Shown piece by piece: positions 51,710 through 64,000 of a stretch of DNA of 64,000 nucleotides (its first letter is position 1; the number at the start of each line of letters is the position of its first letter). The notes under the pieces are model-generated. The model worked only from the letters and a program-made list of their open reading frames with translations, ran no database searches and was not told the origin of the DNA. The stretch spans positions 7,936,001 through 8,000,000 of the forward strand of contig OZ024743.1 in NCBI GenBank assembly GCA_964016885.1, in the 5' to 3' direction. Origin of the DNA: Eledone cirrhosa. Taxonomy: Eukaryota. A program made the translations under genes and the position numbers.

Positions 51710-54700
51710 TTACAGATACGTACTCAGAGTAGGCCCATTCACTCGGGCCATTCTTGCTTCTCTCACCCATCTTTCAACAAAATGCTGGGAAGGCAGCACT
51801 TCCCTCTCTACTCTGATTTTCATTTTCAAATGAAATTTGAAAAAGTCAATCAGGGCATTACCGAAGAGGTAAGTGCTCGTCTTCAGCGCTTTCAAACGTG
51901 TCCACCATACTATCTCTTTCGCCATGGCCACCAGACAGATAAAAACTTCCTGCCCTTCCCGGATAAAGGAAGAGGGCAGGGCAATCCTCACGATGGACTC
52001 AGATGATAGCCGGATCCGTCCTACACGCGACAGCAGGTGTTCGACATAAACCCACAAGTCAGCAATTTTCGGACACTGGACGAGTGCGTGCAGGACGGTT
52101 TCGTCGCCCTGCGCGCATCTCGGACATGCCCGGCTGACGGCACCTCCATGCCTGTAGAGTTTATCCCGAACTGGCAAGGCTCCTCGGTAGCACTGCCAGG
52201 CCAGAGATTTCTGGAAGTTGTACATAGGTCCTGGCCCGAAAGTTCTTGCTAAGATATTGGCTAGTTGATTTTCGTCGACGCCTAGAGTTTCCCCAAGTAC
52301 GTCGTTGCTCTTCCCCTCCACTAATCCTCTATAGATTGCCGAGGTGGAGTTTCCACCGATCACATTGCCCGATTGGTCGAGGGCTGTGAGCGCCTGAAGA
52401 CATTCCAGTCTCCAGGCGCTCCATCTCGGTCTTCGCTTGACCCAGGACTGCAGCTCCGTCAAGGAAACGAGCTGGCGAAATACGTGTCTAGCAAACGGCG
52501 ACCACACCTGATCACCGTCGAGGAAGAGGTGGAGATGTCGTAGCCTGAGTGCGTGTCTGCGCATCATCAGCCACGGCATTCCCAGCCCTCCACGTAGCAG
52601 GTGTTGACAGCAGATGGACCGCCTGACCATCGGAGCGCGTCCCTTCCACAAAAAGCGAAAGAGCAAACGCTCCAGCGCAGTCAGGCGAGGCTTAGGACAA
52701 GGTACGACGGTCAGGCGGTAGCAGATGACAGACGCGATGTACGCGTTAGCCACCTCCGCTCGACCTTTCAGGGATAGCTTCCTCTCCGCCCATTTCTGGG
52801 TGAGAGAAGCCACTCTGCTCGTCACCTCATCCCAGTTTTTGTCCGTCTGGAGGTCCGGACCGAACCAGACCCCTAGCAATTTAACCGGTCCGTCCGTCCA
52901 GCGTCCGACGACGCTGTTGGACGGCATGGACCTGCCTCTCCAGGTGCCGAGCTGCAGGCCCACTGACCTTTCCTGATTGATCATTGCTCCTGTCACTGCT
53001 TCGTATTCTCTTAGTGTAGTGCCGATCGCCTCGATGTGTTTGGCGTTCGACACCACTACGGTGATATCGTCCGCATATGCTGACACGGATCTTCCGCATC
53101 CTAGTTCGCGCGAGACGCCCTTCAACGTCTCCAGTTTGTGCAATAATGGCTCGAGAGTCAATACGTACAAGAGGGACGAGAGGGGACATCCTTGGCGGAC
53201 CGAGCGCATGATGTTGAACGGTTCCGAAAAGTGACCGTTCACTCTCACCACAGAGCAGATGTCGCTGTGCATGGCAGCGATCCAGCCTCTGAAGACGGGC
53301 CCAAAGCCAGCCGCCCTCAGGACTGCCGCTAGGTAACGATGGTCGACCCTATCGAAAGCTTTCGACTGATCTAAATTGATCAAGGACCCACCCGTGCCAG
53401 GTTCCCTAGCTTCCCTCTCTACGATGTATCGCATGAGGTGGAGGTTGTCGTGGATGGATCTGTCGGGAATGGCGACAAGCGCCAACATCTTTGGTAGCAC
53501 CTTGGCCAAAATCTTGAACTCTGTGTTTAGCAGAGTTATGGGCCGGAAATTATCTATGTTATCCCCCTTGTTCGGATCCTTTCTCAGCAGTGCCACCGCT
53601 CCTCGGCTCACAGAACTGGGAATTCTCCCGTTCTGTTGCCAGTTGCAGTAGACGTCCGCCAAGAGGCCTCCGAACATGTCTGGCATCTGTACGTAAAGTT
53701 CATAGGGCAGACCATCCAAACCAGGCGATTTACCCCTTGTGCAGCCAGTCATTGCCTCCCTTACTTCAGCGGCTGTTATCGGCTTTTTGCAAAACTCCGC
53801 CTCAGTGGCCGAGAGCCGCGGCAGTCCGTCGAGGTAGACACTAAAGTCCATCCCTCGACCCGGCCCACCGCTGCCCCCGAACAGCTGAGCGAAGTGTCGC
53901 TGAAAAGCTTCACACATTTGCTCGGGATCGAGTAGCATGCGCCCGTCGTGGGACACCAAAGACCGGATCGTGGCTTTGTTGCCACGACGCGCCTCCGCCA
54001 CTCGGGCCCATTGAACGGCTTTCGTCCCCTCGTGTCTGAGAGCACGCACCCTAGCTCTGACAACGCAACCTTCGTGCTTTGCATTGAAGAATTGGTCAAG
54101 GGCCAATTTCGCCGCAAGCACGTCGGTCGCAATGCCTTTGCTAAGCGCCTCGTCTAATTTTCTAACTAGTTCTCCCTCTGCTCTATTTTTCTCTATTGCT
54201 AAAGCCTTACTAAACCTAATCGATTCTATTCTAATCGCTCTTTTCAGAGCAAACCACCACTTGTTGTTGACGATGGCCCCCGTCAACTGCCGCTTAACTA
54301 GTTCGCTAATCCGGTCTCTGTAGGCCTTTCGCGCTGGTAAGGGCGCGTTTAGCTTCCAGAAGCCGGGTCCTCGTCTATGAAGCCTATCTAAGTCAAGCAC
54401 ACAGATCACGAATTTGTGGTCCGTGTAGCTGACTATCTTGAATTGTGGACAGCCTATGCTAGACCTATCTATTTCCCTACAAAATACTCTATCTAGATAT
54501 GATCTGGATGACCCTATGCGATTTGTCCAAGGCCACATGGCACATTCGGGAAATCCAATCAGTACCTGTCAGACAGTTCAAAACGCCTGAGCAGGTTGGT
54601 GAGGCTCTTGCATCCTCCACCTCTATCCGCTAATCCCACACAGTCCCAGCGTGCATCTAAGATCCTGTTCCAGTCGCCCACTAACACTAAAGAGCGGGAC

Positions 54701-55095
54701 GTTCCAAGAAAGGTCTCCAGACGCCGGAAGAAATCAGGCCGCCCTGCTCCTGTCGGAGCATAGACGGCCACTAGCCTGAAAGCTTGCCCGTCTCCGCTGG
54801 TCACGTCCAGCACCACCAACTTACCCTCTGGGTCCAGGAAGATGGCCCGTATGGCGAGATCCAAACCTCTCCGAAAAAGCACAGCAACTCTTCCCCCCGA
54901 TCCAGGACGGCTGGGAGATGCGTACACATCGTAGCCGCCGAAGATCGGTGCGAAGGCCCGTGCTTCGAAGATTCTGGTCTCGCTGATGGCCACTACATCT
55001 ATGTTTAGTGACCTGAGGTCGTTGAGGAGGTGACCCTGCTTCCATGACGACTCCAAGCCACGCGCATTTATGATGCCTATTCTGAGTGAGGTCAT
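51710..55095 (-). pseudogene. Tx1 ORF2 (APE-RT) with one frameshift near 54550
   Basis: INARGL, ISET, VGDWN, SYLDR, YTDH, SKAFDRV, RQGCPLS, AYADD, CPRC..H...QC; short in-frame deletion after LALV. Confidence 0.93.
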
Positions 55096-55130
55096 GTTTA
55101 AAATAGAGTGGAAAAGATGGGAAAGACCAC

Positions 55131-57227
55131 TTACCGTACTTTTCGTAGAGGAGGGATGGTTTTTCCATCCCTTTTCACTTGATCGTCTGGTGAAGGGACC
55201 GTTGAATCGTCCCTTCGGCTGGTCGTCGGCTCTTCTATGAGTATGTCCGAATATACTCTTCGGTTGATAGTTACTCCTAGGTCTCTGAAATCACCAACTG
55301 CGTTGGGGAATTTCGTTTTAATGTTTGTGTATTGTTTATGTGCTATTTTTAGCAGTCTTATGTTAGTTGGCGTTTTGATTGGTGCTGGTATTATGTAATC
55401 GTGTTGTGAAATGTCTGTGTGTTCAATTATGTAAGTCATTAGTTTCTTGTTGTGTGTATTTATTGCCGTGCATTTGTTTTTCTGGGGGTGGGGTGTGGTT
55501 CTGCTATTTTCTTGTCGTTGTTGCTGGGTGTGTGTGTTTTGTTGTTGTGTTTGCGATGTTGGTGCTTGTGGTGGTGGTATTGAAGGTGTTATTGGCGGTG
55601 GGGTTGTCGCCGGTGGTGTTGGTGGTGCTAGTGTGGGTGGTGATGGTGTTGGTGGTGTTGCTGCTGTGAGTCTCTTTGCAGTAGACTTTACCCTTTTTTC
55701 ATTTCTTTCCTCCCTTTTCAAAGGCAACGATGCGCTGCTTCTGCGTTTGTGCCTTCTTACGACCTTTTGCCATCCCTCTCCCACCTCACACTCCATGTCT
55801 GATTCTGTGAGGTCGGGGAGGGGTACCAGCTCCACTCTTTCACTTGTTGTTGGTGGTGATGTTTGCACTGAAGTCTCTGTTGCAGCTGCATTTGGTATTG
55901 CTGTTGTTGTTGTTAATACTTCCACTGCTGCTGCTGTTTTTGATTTCCGTGGCGTGGGTATGGGTGCCACGGACCTATCGTTCCTGGTTGCCGCTTGTCC
56001 TTTTGCTGGTAGCCGTGGAGCTGGTTTCGGAAGGAGGGGGGTTTTCTCCTTTCTCAGGGTCTTCTCGTTGCTGAAGGCCCTGAGGTGAGTCTTCGATCCA
56101 CAGCGAAAGCATTTCGGGCGTTTGCCCTCAACACTTATGGGCAGTTGAGTGCCGTTATCGAAGTCTATCACATCCGGGATAGCTTCGATGCACTCCTGGT
56201 TGGTTTGGATTAACATCTCAATGGAGGTGCCGACCCAATCTTCTCTTACTTTTTTCTGTACTTGCAGTACAGTTGTTTTGTCCTCGATTCCGACGAGGAC
56301 AGACGCGGCCAGCCAAGAAGGGGCCATCCCGGGGGGGGGGGGGATGTGGGTCAGTTTGACCCTCACAATTTTTTGCCCGCAGTAGGAGGGCACCAACACC
56401 ATTTCCTCGCTCCTTAGGGTCACTAAGGATTGAGCCTTTGCCTCCTGGGGTGTGGCAAAAAGTACGTCTACGGTGGCATATTTCTTGCCTCGGGTGATGT
56501 GCGTTTTCCGCTGCCACACAGACCCCAAGGCTTTTTGTATTTGAGCCTCTGTGGCTCTTTCAACCCTACGGGATTTTGTACTTACTGTACGGTACGTGAC
56601 CGTACAGTGCTGTTGGGTTTCGAAAAAATTTTCCGCTGCTTTGCAGATTGCTCGGTGTCCAGTCTTTGTCACCATCTTCTTCGCTTCCTCTAATTCCTCA
56701 TTTGTTATGAGGATTGTTTCCAGGTTCTTCGCGATACCTGCAAACGAGATTGGTTTTTCTTTGCTGCTGTTGTTGTTGTTGTCGTCAGAGCTGCTGTTAC
56801 TTTTGTTGTTGCTGCAGGTACTACGACTACTGCCGCTGTTGCTGTTGTTGTTGTTGCTGCTGCTAATGCTGTTGTTGTTTATGCTGCTGGTGATGCTGTT
56901 GCGGCTGCTACTGTTGTTTTCATTGTCACTGTTGCTGTTGTTATTACGGCTGCTACTGCTATTATTCCTGACGTCAGACGAATGAAATGGGTTTTCGTAT
57001 TTCCCGCACACCTGTTTCGTCGTTGTCGTCGTCGTCGTGGAGAAATCTTGCACACTTTGCACGAGACTTTTCTTTTCTGTCGTCGCTTGCGAAAGAGAAG
57101 CGAGGGAGAGAGACACATTTAAAGAAGGGAGGGAGAGAGACAATCTTCTCTCTGCTGTAGTGACGACTGAGGAAGAAGAAGACGGAATGAGTGGGAGTGA
57201 CCTATGAAAATTCTTTTTCGTAGCCAT
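55131..57227 (-). CDS. Tx1 ORF1 (nucleic-acid-binding, gag-like)
   Basis: Long open frame from ATG (MATKK); Ser/Asn-rich N-terminus, ISVEGKRPKCFRCGSKTHLRAFS knuckle lacking the last Cys, Pro/Thr-rich tail. Confidence 0.85.
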   Translation of the reverse strand: MATKKNFHRSLPLIPSSSSSVVTTAERRLSLSLPSLNVSLSLASLSQATTEKKSLVQSVQDFSTTTTTTTKQVCGKYENPFHSSDVRNNSSSSRNNNSNSDNENNSSSRNSITSSINNNSISSSNNNNSNSGSSRSTCSNNKSNSSSDDNNNNSSKEKPISFAGIAKNLETILITNEELEEAKKMVTKTGHRAICKAAENFFETQQHCTVTYRTVSTKSRRVERATEAQIQKALGSVWQRKTHITRGKKYATVDVLFATPQEAKAQSLVTLRSEEMVLVPSYCGQKIVRVKLTHIPPPPGMAPSWLAASVLVGIEDKTTVLQVQKKVREDWVGTSIEMLIQTNQECIEAIPDVIDFDNGTQLPISVEGKRPKCFRCGSKTHLRAFSNEKTLRKEKTPLLPKPAPRLPAKGQAATRNDRSVAPIPTPRKSKTAAAVEVLTTTTAIPNAAATETSVQTSPPTTSERVELVPLPDLTESDMECEVGEGWQKVVRRHKRRSSASLPLKREERNEKRVKSTAKRLTAATPPTPSPPTLAPPTPPATTPPPITPSIPPPQAPTSQTQQQNTHTQQQRQENSRTTPHPQKNKCTAINTHNKKLMTYIIEHTDISQHDYIIPAPIKTPTNIRLLKIAHKQYTNIKTKFPNAVGDFRDLGVTINRRVYSDILIEEPTTSRRDDSTVPSPDDQVKRDGKTIPPLRKVR

Positions 57228-57458
57228 GTTGTTTTTTTTGTTTAAAATAAATATTGGGCACAAAACCCCAATAAGCGGTTATTTAACCCCGAAGGGCCAA
57301 ATAACGGGCAGAAAGACCCCTCTCACGAGGAGGAGGGTGTTTTTGTCTACAAGTTGGTTAAAGTTTTAAACAATTTACAATTGTTATAGCGGTCAAAATT
57401 TACAATACCTTACAGAGCCGAGCCTCCGTCAACCATAGCATTCAATAATAATAATAAT

Positions 57459-60256
57459 ACTGATTACAAAGTAGGTGAACATGTTAAATAAACTAAACTT
57501 AGAAAATTGAAAAGAAAATACAGTATAAAACCAACAAGTGACATAGACATGCTGATAGAAATAATCAAGCAAAAAGTGTCGGCCAAAGCTGCTCGTATAA
57601 GGCGCTTTGAAAAACGATCTAGATTCTATAAGGACAATAATATGTTCAAAAAACAACCAAAGAAACTTCTACAGAAAAATTGGCAAGTCAGCAATAACTG
57701 CTAAATCAATACCACCCAAGGAGGAAGTGCAAGAATTCTGGGAAAAGATCTGGGCCGAAGAAAAAGTTCATAATATACATGTCCCATGGATAGACAGACA
57801 AATGAAAGATACAGCTCACCTTGAGGAACAAATATGGGAAAATATAACAGTTAAACAGTTGCGTTTGGCTCTTAGAAAAAACAGCAAATGGAAATCCCCA
57901 GGAAAGACAAAATAACAAATTTTTGGATAAATGCCTTCACAGAGTCTCATGAGCTGTTAGCCCAACTTTCCAATGAAATAGTTAAGGAGCCAGAAAAGAT
58001 ACCATCATGGCTAGTTAACGGTATTACATTCCTGCTTCCGAAGAATGATGAGACAAACAATCGCAAAAATTAAAGACCGATAACTTACTTGACCACAATG
58101 TATGAAAGTTTAACATCAGTCCTAACTGAATATACATATGACCACCTGATAACAAATGACCTATTTCCCAATGAGCAGAAAGGGTGTAAACGAGGCTCAT
58201 ATGGCTGTAAGGATCAGCTTTTGGTTAACAAAATGATACTGGAAGATTGTCATAATAGACACAAAAATCTATCAATTGCTTGGATAGATTATAAAAAAGC
58301 ATTCGATAGTTTGTCACACAGTTGGATTGAAAAATGTTTAGAGATTTTCAAAATATCTCCCGTTGTCAGGAGGTTCTTGTCATTCAGTATGAAGACATGG
58401 AAAACGACACTCCTTTTGAATAGTGAAAAGGAATCACTGGAAGCTGGAGAAGTTAATATTAATTGTGGAATTTTTCAAGGTCACTCTTTATCACCGCTTT
58501 TATTCTGCATCGCACTTATACCTTTAAGTAAAATGCTCAATGAAACAAAACATGGATATAAAATCTATGACAAAACCATTAATCATTTGTTCTACATGGA
58601 TGACCTGAAACTATTTGCAAAAAATGATGAACAATTGCAAGGGCTATTATCCACTGTGGATGACATTAAAATGGAGTTTGGACTAGATAAATGCGCCAAA
58701 GCAACGTTCACCAGAGGAAAGCTGCTGAAAAGTTCAGACATTAATCTTGATCGGGAAAATGTGATACGAGAACTTGATCAAGAGGAAACTTACAAATATC
58801 TAGGTGTTTGTGAAGGAGACGGAATCAAGCACTCGACAATGAGGGAAAGGATAAGGAAGGAGTGTTACCGCCGTAAGAGCAATCTTAAGAACGGAATTGA
58901 ATGCAAGGAATAGGATCGATGCCATAAACACGCTTGCCATACCAGTAGAAACCTACAGTTACAATGTCATCAACTGATCAAGCACAGATATCCGTAGGCT
59001 CGATACAAAAATTAGAAAATTCTTAACCATGCACAGAATGCATCACCCTAAGGCAGATACAGATAGAATATATCTCCCTAGGAAAGAAGGAGGACATGGG
59101 TTAATCCAGTTAGATATTGCGTTGAAAACTGCAACAATTGGATTATCTACATATCTAAGGGAATCACATGATTGGATTATCAAACTCGTTTTGAAACACG
59201 AAAGCATCAAAAGATCATATTCCATTACAAAAGATGCACAAAGATACAGTAATGGACTACAAATTTCAGAAGTCCCATTTACTGCTGAAATGGAAAACAG
59301 AAAAAGCAAAGCAGGTAAAAGTAACTGCAAAGAAAGAACTGCTACAGAAACTGGCTAAGAAATGGCAAGAAAAGCCTCTGTATGGAAAATACCCAGAAAG
59401 AGCTAACAATCCTGATGTTGACAAAACTTTAACCCATCAGTGGTTGGCATCCTCTGGACTGAAATCGGAGACTGAAGGACTAATTATATCAGCACAAGAT
59501 CAGTGTCTGCCAACAAAAAAATACCAAGCCAACATAATAAAAAATGGGTGCAACCCAGTATGCCGTGTATGTAAAAAACAACCAGAGACCATTGATCATA
59601 TAATTTCAATGTGCAGTCCTATAGCTCCAACCCAATACGTAAACAGGCATTACAGAGCTGCACAATACATACATTGGATAATGTGTAAGCATTTTGACCT
59701 GCCCCATCAAAAGAATTGGTGGGAGCATCAACCACCTCCCATACTTGAAAAAGATCACATCTCAATCTTGTGGAACTTTAGCATCCAAACAGACCGAAAA
59801 ATAGATGCAAATAGACCTGATATAATACTGAAGGACTTTAAAAAGAGGGTATATAGGTTCCAATAGACAAGAATGTATCTATAAAAACATTTGAAAAATT
59901 GAGCAAGTATAAGGACCTGAAGATAGAAATTGGAAAAATGTAGAAATTGAGAACTAAAACAATACCAGTGGCTGTAGGCGCTCTAGAAATGATACCTAAG
60001 GGGTCTAATGATTACTTATCGCAAATCCCAGGAAACCCGCGTATAGGAGAAATACAAAAGATAGTACTAATGGGAACTGTCCATATACTAAGGAAGATTC
60101 TGTCAATATAAGTACATCACAAGTCTAAACACCTAAAGATGCATGTGTGTGTATGCATGTTCTTTCTTGAACATGGCGGACCTTGTTGTCTCTTGAGGTC
60201 ACTGGTTGTGACTTGGTGATAACTCGTATGAACATAAAGCAAGATAAATGCAACTA
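57459..60256 (+). mobile_element. Dong/R4-like RLE LINE family B, 5'-truncated, decayed
   Basis: RT and RLE pieces with stops and frameshifts; near-identical to 49522-51439 over the shared part. Confidence 0.93.
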
Positions 60257-60277
60257 TAATAATAATAATAATATTAA

Positions 60278-60337
60278 TAATTGTTTCTACTTTAGGCACA
60301 AGGCCAGCAAATACTCAGTACATTACTGGTACTTTAT
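60278..60337 (-). mobile_element. SINE 3' tail fragment in (AAT)n
   Basis: TTGTTTCTACTTTAGGCACAAGGCCAGCAA..GTACTTTAT. Confidence 0.85.
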
Positions 60338-60339
60338 AT

Positions 60340-61450
60340 TATTTGAACAGCTAGAGGGGAAAGAAAGTGGTAACGATGCTGTCCCTGGGGCAGAACAGAC
60401 GAACAGTTTGGAGAGGGATTTGGGAACAGGATGTTAAGCATAATAGTAGAGCAGAGTGGATTGAAGCTTTTAAAAAGGAAATTAATAAACAAATACAACA
60501 GCAGCCTGACTTGAGTATCTCGGTTGAAACTCTTAAAAGGCAGGCCAATAAATTAACCACCTGGAAATCACCAGGATCGGGTGTTGTGCAAGGATATTGG
60601 ACTAAAGATATTACGTCTCTCCACCGACCATGTTCAATGACTTCTTGATGTCGGATGAAGTATCGCCGTAGTTGACAAAAGGTACCACGGCTCTAATAAT
60701 GGAAGACCAAGTTAAAGGAAATGACGTTACCAATTATAGGTCTATCACATGTCTGTCCTTGATGTGGACATTGCTAACAAGCATTATGTCTGAGGTATCT
60801 ACCACCACTTCGACATAAACAACTTATTTGCTGGAAGAACAGAAAGGATGCTGAAAGAATTACGGTGGTACAAAATACCAGTTACTTATTGACAAGATGA
60901 TAATAAGGAACTGCAAGAAGAGGCATACTGGTCTTGGCGCGAGATGGATAAACTACAAGAAGGCATTCGACATGGTTCCTCATTCTTGAATAACCATGTG
61001 CCTAGAAATCTTCAAGATGGCGGAAAACATCAGACTACTTTTAAGTAATAGCATGAAGAACTCGGAGACAGAGTTAACATCAGGGGAAGAATCCTTGAAA
61101 GGGGTGAAAATCAAGAGCGGTATCTTCCAAAGAGATAATCTGTCTCCTTTATTGTTTGTCGTTATTCTCATATCCTTGCCTCTGGTATTGTGAATAGTGA
61201 AGGCAGGATACGAACTGGGAAGAGGATAGTTTACTATCAACCACTTCCTCTTTATAAACGACCGAAAACTCTTTAGGAAGACCGAGAAGGAGTTGGATGT
61301 ACTTGTCCGCATTTTCATCAATGATATATGTATAGAATTTGGTATTAATACATGTGGAGTCCTAGTGATGCAGAAGGGCAAATTGAAGAGCAGCAAAGGA
61401 TTCGAGATACCAACGGGTGAGGTAATAAAGAATATCGATACCAAATGATT
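60340..61450 (+). mobile_element. Older decayed RT fragment related to RLE family A
   Basis: Collinear with ~47050-48170 (VWRGIWEQDVKHN, WKSPG, GIFQRDNLSPLLF). Confidence 0.88.
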
Positions 61451-61469
61451 GATGGTCTGCGTTATGCAA

Positions 61470-61710
61470 ACTATTGTGATGTAACAACCTCAGCGTTCTC
61501 GGCCACGGTATGCTTACTCCTCCACACATTGGTTGTTGATAGCAAATGCATCGCTTGAGCCAGCGAAAGAGCAGGTACTCCAGTCTTGTCAGATGTGAAC
61601 TGGGGCAAGGCACAGATGACGGGGGCGATGTAGGCGTTAGCCACTGTTGCTAGGCTTTTCAGGAATAGCTTCTTATCGGCCCATTTCCTTTTGAGAGGGG
61701 CCACTGCGTG
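61470..61710 (-). mobile_element. Old Tx1 ORF2 fragment
   Basis: KWADKKLFLKSLATVANAYIAPVIC matches KWAERKLSLKGRAEVANAYIASVIC. Confidence 0.75.
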
Positions 61711-61759
61711 ATGCAGACTGTTTGTCGGATTATTGACGGGTCAGAACGAATTTCAAAAT

Positions 61760-63640
61760 TGTAAAACATCCAAAATCTGAGAGAAAACATAAACAAAATT
61801 TCCAGGTTTGTTGACGCATCTAAGCAGCACAGCTCTAATATTCAGACTGCTTTTCAGAAACTTCTCTTCGGCATTAATTCCATCTTTCCTTGGTTTCAAA
61901 ACAATAAAGTGCCGAGACTGGTTTAACAAGAACAACATTGATATCGTCCAGCTCCTTACCAGAAAGAGTGAGATCCGTAAGTTCATACCACCGCTTCATC
62001 TCCTATCTGAATAATATAGATATCTGAAAGAGGTATATATCGTGGTAAAAGCAAAAATGCCGAAATCAGTTTGTATTATGAGAGAAGTGGTGGTTCACAT
62101 TTCCTACAGATATACAAACTGATGCAGAGTGAAAATATTAATAGGTTATACAATCTCTTAAAGCAAGCTTATAGACCAACCGTATGTACAATATTTCCAT
62201 TTAGATTCCTCTGCTCTTCAATTGACGAATTTGCTACTCGATGGAAAGAGAATTTCAGAAGAATTACTTCATTATGTCCCTCACATAAGGATAACAAACT
62301 TTCAACAAACATCTGTGATAGCCAACACAAAAAATATTCATAAGGCTATAGGACATTTAAACCCAGGAAAAGTATCTGGTTATGACAGTTTAGGAGCAGA
62401 AATCATGTGGTGGTTCTCGCATAGTTTAAATCGGACACGATTTAATTTCTAACATTAAAACAAGAAGGAGGGTTCTAAAGAATTTGCGAGACGCTGTGAT
62501 TTTATCATTTTACTAGGATAAATGTGTCCGGGAGGTAATTCCAGAAGTATCACTTCTTTATGCAGTTGGAAAGCTTCTTTCCGAAAGTTTATTTTCACGT
62601 TTAAATGATATTGAATAGAATACACTTTCAAATTGATAGTGTGGTTCACATCTAAACCAAGATATCACGGATATGTTTACAGTACAAAAATTGTAGGAGT
62701 AATGCAAGGACAAATATGACCTGGTACAGGGGGTTGTAGATCTGACGAAGGCCTTTGATACTGTCAATAATGAGGATATGTGGACTATATTTAGCTTATT
62801 CGTTTCTCCAAATAATTGTCTAAGGTCTACACGGCCATTCTATGAAGATATGGAGGTCCACGTAAATGTTGGGAACATTCTTACAGACCAAAAATAGTTG
62901 AGAAGGAAGTAAAGGAGGGCAAACCTATCACATACACAGTTTTCAGTATATATCCTATTAGTTTATTGCTTGCAGTGGAAGATTTAACCCACGTATTAAT
63001 AACATAAAAGACAAAGGGAAAGTTGTTTAACACAAAACGATTCTTTCCAAATTTAAGAGGTTTAACAAACTGGAATGGGATTTTTACTAAGTTGATGCCT
63101 GTGATCTTATGTAAACTGCAGAGAATATACTTGTGCATAGACTCACTGCTCTCTGCAAAACCTGGTCTCCAACTAAACATTGGAAAAACTGCTGTAATGT
63201 TTCAATGCTCTAAGCAATGAATATCTCAAGCCAAAGATTTTTATTGACGCTTACCAGCCAAATTCATGTACCCAAGAAGTGCATTGAAACTTAAACCTTC
63301 ATTGCTCAATAGACTATGAAATATCTTTACGTCTCAAAAACATCTGAAATTCTTGGAATGTTTTTATAAGTGTTGCTTCCGTATTACATTGAACATACAT
63401 TCCTGACACTGAAATCCTTGGGAACGTTTACACAGTTAGTGTCGAGACTCATATACATCACCACAAGTTAAGTTGGACTGGATACACTGTAAGATAGAAT
63501 GATAAATGTATGTCAAAATTTACGGTGAGCTACGTGAATGTAAACACATAAAACATAAACCTCAAATACGTTTTAAGAATTTCATTTGTATTTCACTGAC
63601 TCTTTTCAATATTTTAGAAGAAAACTGAGAATCAACAACA
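61760..63640 (+). mobile_element. Heavily decayed LINE, probably RTE clade
   Basis: LNPGKVSGYDSLGAEI, VDLTKAFDTVN, GLQLNIGKTAVM in correct order with many stops. Confidence 0.7.
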
Positions 63641-64000
63641 AATTGAAATATTATTTAATACCTAACGGCTCAACATCGGACAGCTGCGTATCATTCTGTT
63701 ACACCTCACAACAAATCAAGAGGCTTTCTCTTATTAACACGCATCTTATTCAGAATATTTGCCGTTATAAACTAAAATGTTTGTTAAAATATTTACCTTC
63801 GATGTCTGACATCTCCAATTCAATAATCTGACATCGAAGGTAAATATATTATTTATATTTTTTAATAGATTCTGAAGAAATCACTACAGAGGAGAAAGAT
63901 GGAACATCTTACTATATTGATAGAAACGTTCGTAAATCAATTAAATAATTTAATGTAATTTAATCCTTGTTATTTTATTCTTTTTTTATATATGCTCTGT

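Larger units (their letters stand above)
51459..57443 (-). mobile_element. Tx1/L1-clade LINE family B, full length, in (AAT)n
   Basis: Structured 5'UTR, open ORF1, ORF2, 3'UTR ending AATAAAGAAATC-(ATT)n; (AAT)6 and (AAT)5 flanks. Confidence 0.95.

Noticed and set aside
55379-56985. Hydrophobic plus-strand ORFs
   Set aside because: Antisense shadows of low-complexity Tx1 ORF1

Overview
AT-rich, microsatellite-laden eukaryotic DNA; the repeat repertoire resembles a coleoid cephalopod such as Octopus (inference). No intact host gene is evident. The window is dominated by non-LTR retrotransposons: three near full-length Tx1/L1-clade LINEs (2.2-7.3 kb +, 16.1-21.8 kb -, 51.5-57.4 kb -), many 5'-truncated RLE-type (Dong/R4-like) elements, RTE, CR1 and Penelope relics, and about 16 copies of a tRNA-derived SINE. 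Highlights: (1) a well-formed type I hammerhead ribozyme with a long stem II at 7561-7645, a minimal hammerhead at 34316-34380 and several decayed ones; (2) a ~15 kb pile-up (46-61.5 kb) of RLE-type LINEs, an APE-type LINE and SINE tails joined at (AAT)n tracts; (3) a non-coding 616-bp unit present as greater-than-unit-length, permuted copies in (TA)n; (4) recurrent inverted or direct templated duplications at (TA)n; (5) scattered decayed segments resembling a multi-repeat cyclic-nucleotide-binding channel gene. All calls were made by eye and boundaries are approximate.
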